Source: an uncultured Chloroflexia bacterium (GTDB lineage Bacteria; Chloroflexota; Limnocylindria; QHBO01). From it: a DNA stretch of 64,000 nt. A program made the position numbers and the translations under genes. Below, one piece after another: positions 61,563 through 64,000 of this stretch (within the stretch, counting starts at the first letter, position 1; each line of letters starts with the position of its first letter). The notes below the pieces were generated by a model that saw nothing but the letters and a program-made list of their open reading frames with translations, was not told the origin of the DNA and ran no database searches. Location: NCBI GenBank assembly GCA_963825525.1, contig CAWGTN010000001.1, forward strand, positions 4,725 to 68,724, written 5' to 3'.

Positions 61563-62501
61563 ATGGCGCCGCGCGTCATGACCGTCTCCGGACCGATTCC
61601 ACCCGAGAAGCTCGGCTTCACGCTTCCCCACGAGCACACCGCCATCAGCCTGTGGCACATCGCCAACCGCTGGGACTACTGGGAGCTCACGCCCGATGAC
61701 GATCTGATCATCGGCGAGCTGAGCGACTTTCGACGGCGAGGGGGAGGCACCGTTGTCGACCTCACCCTGCCGGGGGTGGGCCGCGACCCGGACCGGCTGC
61801 GCCGCCTGGCGAGCGCCACCGGGCTGAATATCGTGATGGGGTCCGGATGGTATCGGGAGGCGTATTACCCCGCCGAGATGAACGTCGACCGGCGCAGCGT
61901 CGACGACCTGGCGGCGGAGATCATCGGCGAGTTCGAGAACGGCGTCGGGGGAAGCGGCATCCGGCCCGGGATCATCGGCGAGATCGGCACCGACAAGCCG
62001 TGGGTCAGCGCGCGGGAAGAACGCGTGCACCGGGCCGCCGCCCGGGCCTCGAAGGCGACCGGCATGGCGATCACCACGCACGGCGTTCAGTCTGCCGTCG
62101 GGCTGGCGCAGCTGCGCATCTTCACCGAGGAGGGCGTCGATCCCTCGCGCGTCGTCATCGGCCATGCCGACTCGCACCACGACCTCGACTTCTACCTCGA
62201 GGTGCTCGATGGCGGGGCAAACCTGCAGTTCGATTTCCTGGGCCACCGGTTCGCAGCCGAGGAGGCCCTCGAGCCGCGCCTGGTCGAGACGATCGTCGAG
62301 CTGCTGGAGCGGGGCTATGGGCCGCAGATCCTCCTCAGCCAGGACGTCTGCCACAACCGCCAGCTCAAGGTCAACGGCGGCTTCGGCTACGTGTACCTCC
62401 AGCAGCATTTCCTGCCGACGCTGCGCACGGCCGCGGTGGGGGAGGGCGAGATCCAGCAGATGACCTTCGAGAATCCCGCACGGATCCTCACGATTCCCTG
62501 A
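61563..62501 (+). CDS. Phosphotriesterase-family metal-dependent hydrolase (PTE/PHP-like)
   Basis: GFTLPHEHT and TDKPWV...ITTHG...GHADSH...SQD metal-binding pattern. A GAGGAGG ribosome-binding site lies upstream. Confidence 0.8.
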   Translation: MAPRVMTVSGPIPPEKLGFTLPHEHTAISLWHIANRWDYWELTPDDDLIIGELSDFRRRGGGTVVDLTLPGVGRDPDRLRRLASATGLNIVMGSGWYREAYYPAEMNVDRRSVDDLAAEIIGEFENGVGGSGIRPGIIGEIGTDKPWVSAREERVHRAAARASKATGMAITTHGVQSAVGLAQLRIFTEEGVDPSRVVIGHADSHHDLDFYLEVLDGGANLQFDFLGHRFAAEEALEPRLVETIVELLERGYGPQILLSQDVCHNRQLKVNGGFGYVYLQQHFLPTLRTAAVGEGEIQQMTFENPARILTIP

Positions 62502-62540
62502 GGACGTTGGGTGCCAGTTGCATGGGCGTTCGATGTATGA

Positions 62541-62711
62541 GTCGAAATCGCGCGCAGGGCGGGTACTACGCGCTGATGCTGCGATATATCGAGCGGCTGG
62601 GAGCGTGAAGCGCGCCGCGGCGTGCTCGTCACGTGTGCCGGCGCTCGATAGATCGCGGGAACCGCACGCGGCCCGGCCCTCCGGTGAACATCCCTCGAAA
62701 TATCGCGCAGC
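62541..62711. repeat. Second copy of the intergenic motif module described at 12658-12836
   Basis: Motif copies at 62541-62557, 62579-62596 (inverted), 62643-62667 and 62692-62711. The region from 62643 aligns with 12774-12836 at about 65% identity. Confidence 0.6.
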
Positions 62712-62750
62712 CCCCGGGTTGTGGCATGTCACGCGTCCATACTTCGGCCC

Positions 62751-63779
62751 ATGCCGCCGTCACGCGACCCGATCACCGATCTGAAGCGGATCGCCTTCCT
62801 GCTCGAGTCTGCCCAGGAGCCGAGCTACCGGGTCCGGGCGTTCCGCAGCGCTGCCGCCACCATGGCGCGCATCGGAGCCGATGAGCTCGCCGCTCGGGCA
62901 GCCGCAGGAACGCTACGTGAGCTGACGGGCGTCGGTGAAGTGACCGAGCGGACGATCCTCGAGAGCCTGCGCGGCGAGGAGCCGGTGTATCTGCGCCGGC
63001 TGGAGTCCACGGAGGGGAAGCCGATGGCCGAGGGCGCCGCCGCGCTCCTGGACGCCCTCCGTGGCGATTGCCACGTCCACACCGAGGCATCGGACGGAGG
63101 CGCAAGCATCCGGGAGATGGCCGAGGTGGCGATTGAGCTCGGGCACGCGTACGTGGTCATCACCGACCACTCCCCGCGGCTGACCGTCGCGAATGGGCTG
63201 TCGGCCGAGCGCCTTGAAGCGCAGCTCGACGAGATCCGCGAGCTCAACGCCGAGCTGGCACCGTTCCGGATCCTCACCGGGATCGAGGTCGACATCAACG
63301 AGGACGGCTCACTCGACCAGGAACCCGAGCTGTTGATGCGACTCGACGTGGTCGTCGGCAGCATTCATTCGGCCCTGCGCTCCGAGTCACGCGCCATGAC
63401 CGTTCGCATGGTGACGGCGCTCGCCAACCCCAACCTCGACATCCTTGGTCATTGCACCGGCCGGATGGTGACCGGCAAGCGGAAGCGCCCCGAGTCGGCG
63501 TTCGACGCGGAGATCGTGTTCGCCGCCGCCGACCGCTTCGACAAGGCGGTCGAGATCAACTCGCGTCCGGAGCGCCTCGATCCGCCGAAACGGCTCCTGC
63601 GGCTGGCGATCGAGGCCGGCTGCCGCGTCGCGATCGATTCGGACGCTCACGCCCCGGGACAGATGGCATGGCTGGTCAACGGCTGCGAGCGCGCGTTCCT
63701 GTGCGGCGTGACGCCGGCCATGATCGTCAATGCGCTGGCGGCGGACGACCTCGTGGCCTGGACGTCGGCCCATCGGTGA
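62751..63779 (+). CDS. PHP-domain protein with an N-terminal PolX-like helix-hairpin-helix region
   Basis: N-terminal DLKRIAFLLE...LTGVGEVTE (HhH). The PHP metal-site pattern includes CHVHTEASDG...ITDHS...DSDAH. Confidence 0.75.
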   Translation: MPPSRDPITDLKRIAFLLESAQEPSYRVRAFRSAAATMARIGADELAARAAAGTLRELTGVGEVTERTILESLRGEEPVYLRRLESTEGKPMAEGAAALLDALRGDCHVHTEASDGGASIREMAEVAIELGHAYVVITDHSPRLTVANGLSAERLEAQLDEIRELNAELAPFRILTGIEVDINEDGSLDQEPELLMRLDVVVGSIHSALRSESRAMTVRMVTALANPNLDILGHCTGRMVTGKRKRPESAFDAEIVFAAADRFDKAVEINSRPERLDPPKRLLRLAIEAGCRVAIDSDAHAPGQMAWLVNGCERAFLCGVTPAMIVNALAADDLVAWTSAHR

Positions 63780-63857
63780 GGTGGCGGTTGGCGCAGGATC
63801 TGCACTCGGAAGGTCGGGCGCATACTGAAGGCCCACCCGCAAGGAGAATGATCTGCA

Positions 63858-64000
63858 ATGTCCGTCGCCAAGGTAACCGAGCTTTCCTGCACCTCGAACG
63901 ACAGCTTCGAGGACGCCGTCCGCCAGGGGATCGATCGCGCCAGCAAGACGCTGCGCGGCGTGAAGAGCGCATGGGTCAAGGAGCAGCGTGTGAACGTGGG
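63858..64000 (+). CDS. Dodecin-family flavin-binding protein; partial, it runs off the window end
   Basis: MSVAKVTELSCTSNDSFEDAVRQGIDRASKTLRGVKSAWVKEQ matches the dodecin fold signature (start about 63858). An AAGGAG ribosome-binding site lies upstream. Confidence 0.7.
   Translation, partial: MSVAKVTELSCTSNDSFEDAVRQGIDRASKTLRGVKSAWVKEQRVNV

Overview
This is a high-GC (about 70%) actinobacterial-type chromosomal segment, densely coded on both strands, with roughly 58 protein genes and one tRNA-Arg(TCT). I found no rRNA, CRISPR array, integrase, transposase or prophage genes.

Recognisable content, in order along the window:
- an ECF sigma factor;
- a divergent LacI-regulator / amylo-alpha-1,6-glucosidase-type glycoside hydrolase pair followed by a sugar ABC transporter in which three of four genes carry a single-nucleotide frameshift;
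- a WD40 protein, a second ECF sigma factor, a GH3 hydrolase, and a single-domain response regulator;
- a fused alpha/beta TPP-dependent E1 dehydrogenase gene, then a FabD-like acyltransferase, then an AlkA glycosylase, three genes in a row on the minus strand;
- a complete polyamine potADBC transporter;
- a tryptophan cluster: rhomboid, trpD, one uninterrupted trpC-trpF-trpB reading frame, then trpA;
- an oligopeptide ABC transporter whose DppA-like binding protein is frameshifted, with fused DppC-DppD;
- mshC/cysS-like ligase, ornithine cyclodeaminase, a SpoIID-like protein, a frameshifted 5'-3' exonuclease, an ArsR plus SRPBCC pair, a frameshifted IcmA/MutB-like mutase, two S9 peptidases, a frameshifted acyl-ACP desaturase, glutamate dehydrogenase, a phosphotriesterase-like protein, a PolX-like PHP protein and a dodecin fragment at the window end.

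The most interesting points:
- the apparent trifunctional TrpC-TrpF-TrpB fusion;
- a degenerate ~70-180 bp intergenic module built from a quasi-palindromic CTCGATAGATCGCGGG-like motif, present at two loci 50 kb apart;
- a 50-bp tandem repeat array next to a disrupted HTH-nuclease-like gene;
- at least eight conserved genes broken by 1-nt indels, which is either genuine decay or an indel error pattern;
- clean palindromic operators for the LacI and ArsR regulators.

No feature is clearly a mobile or defence system. Several domain assignments (DUF4157-like, PD-(D/E)xK, SpoIID-like) rest on motif recall rather than a search and are marked accordingly.
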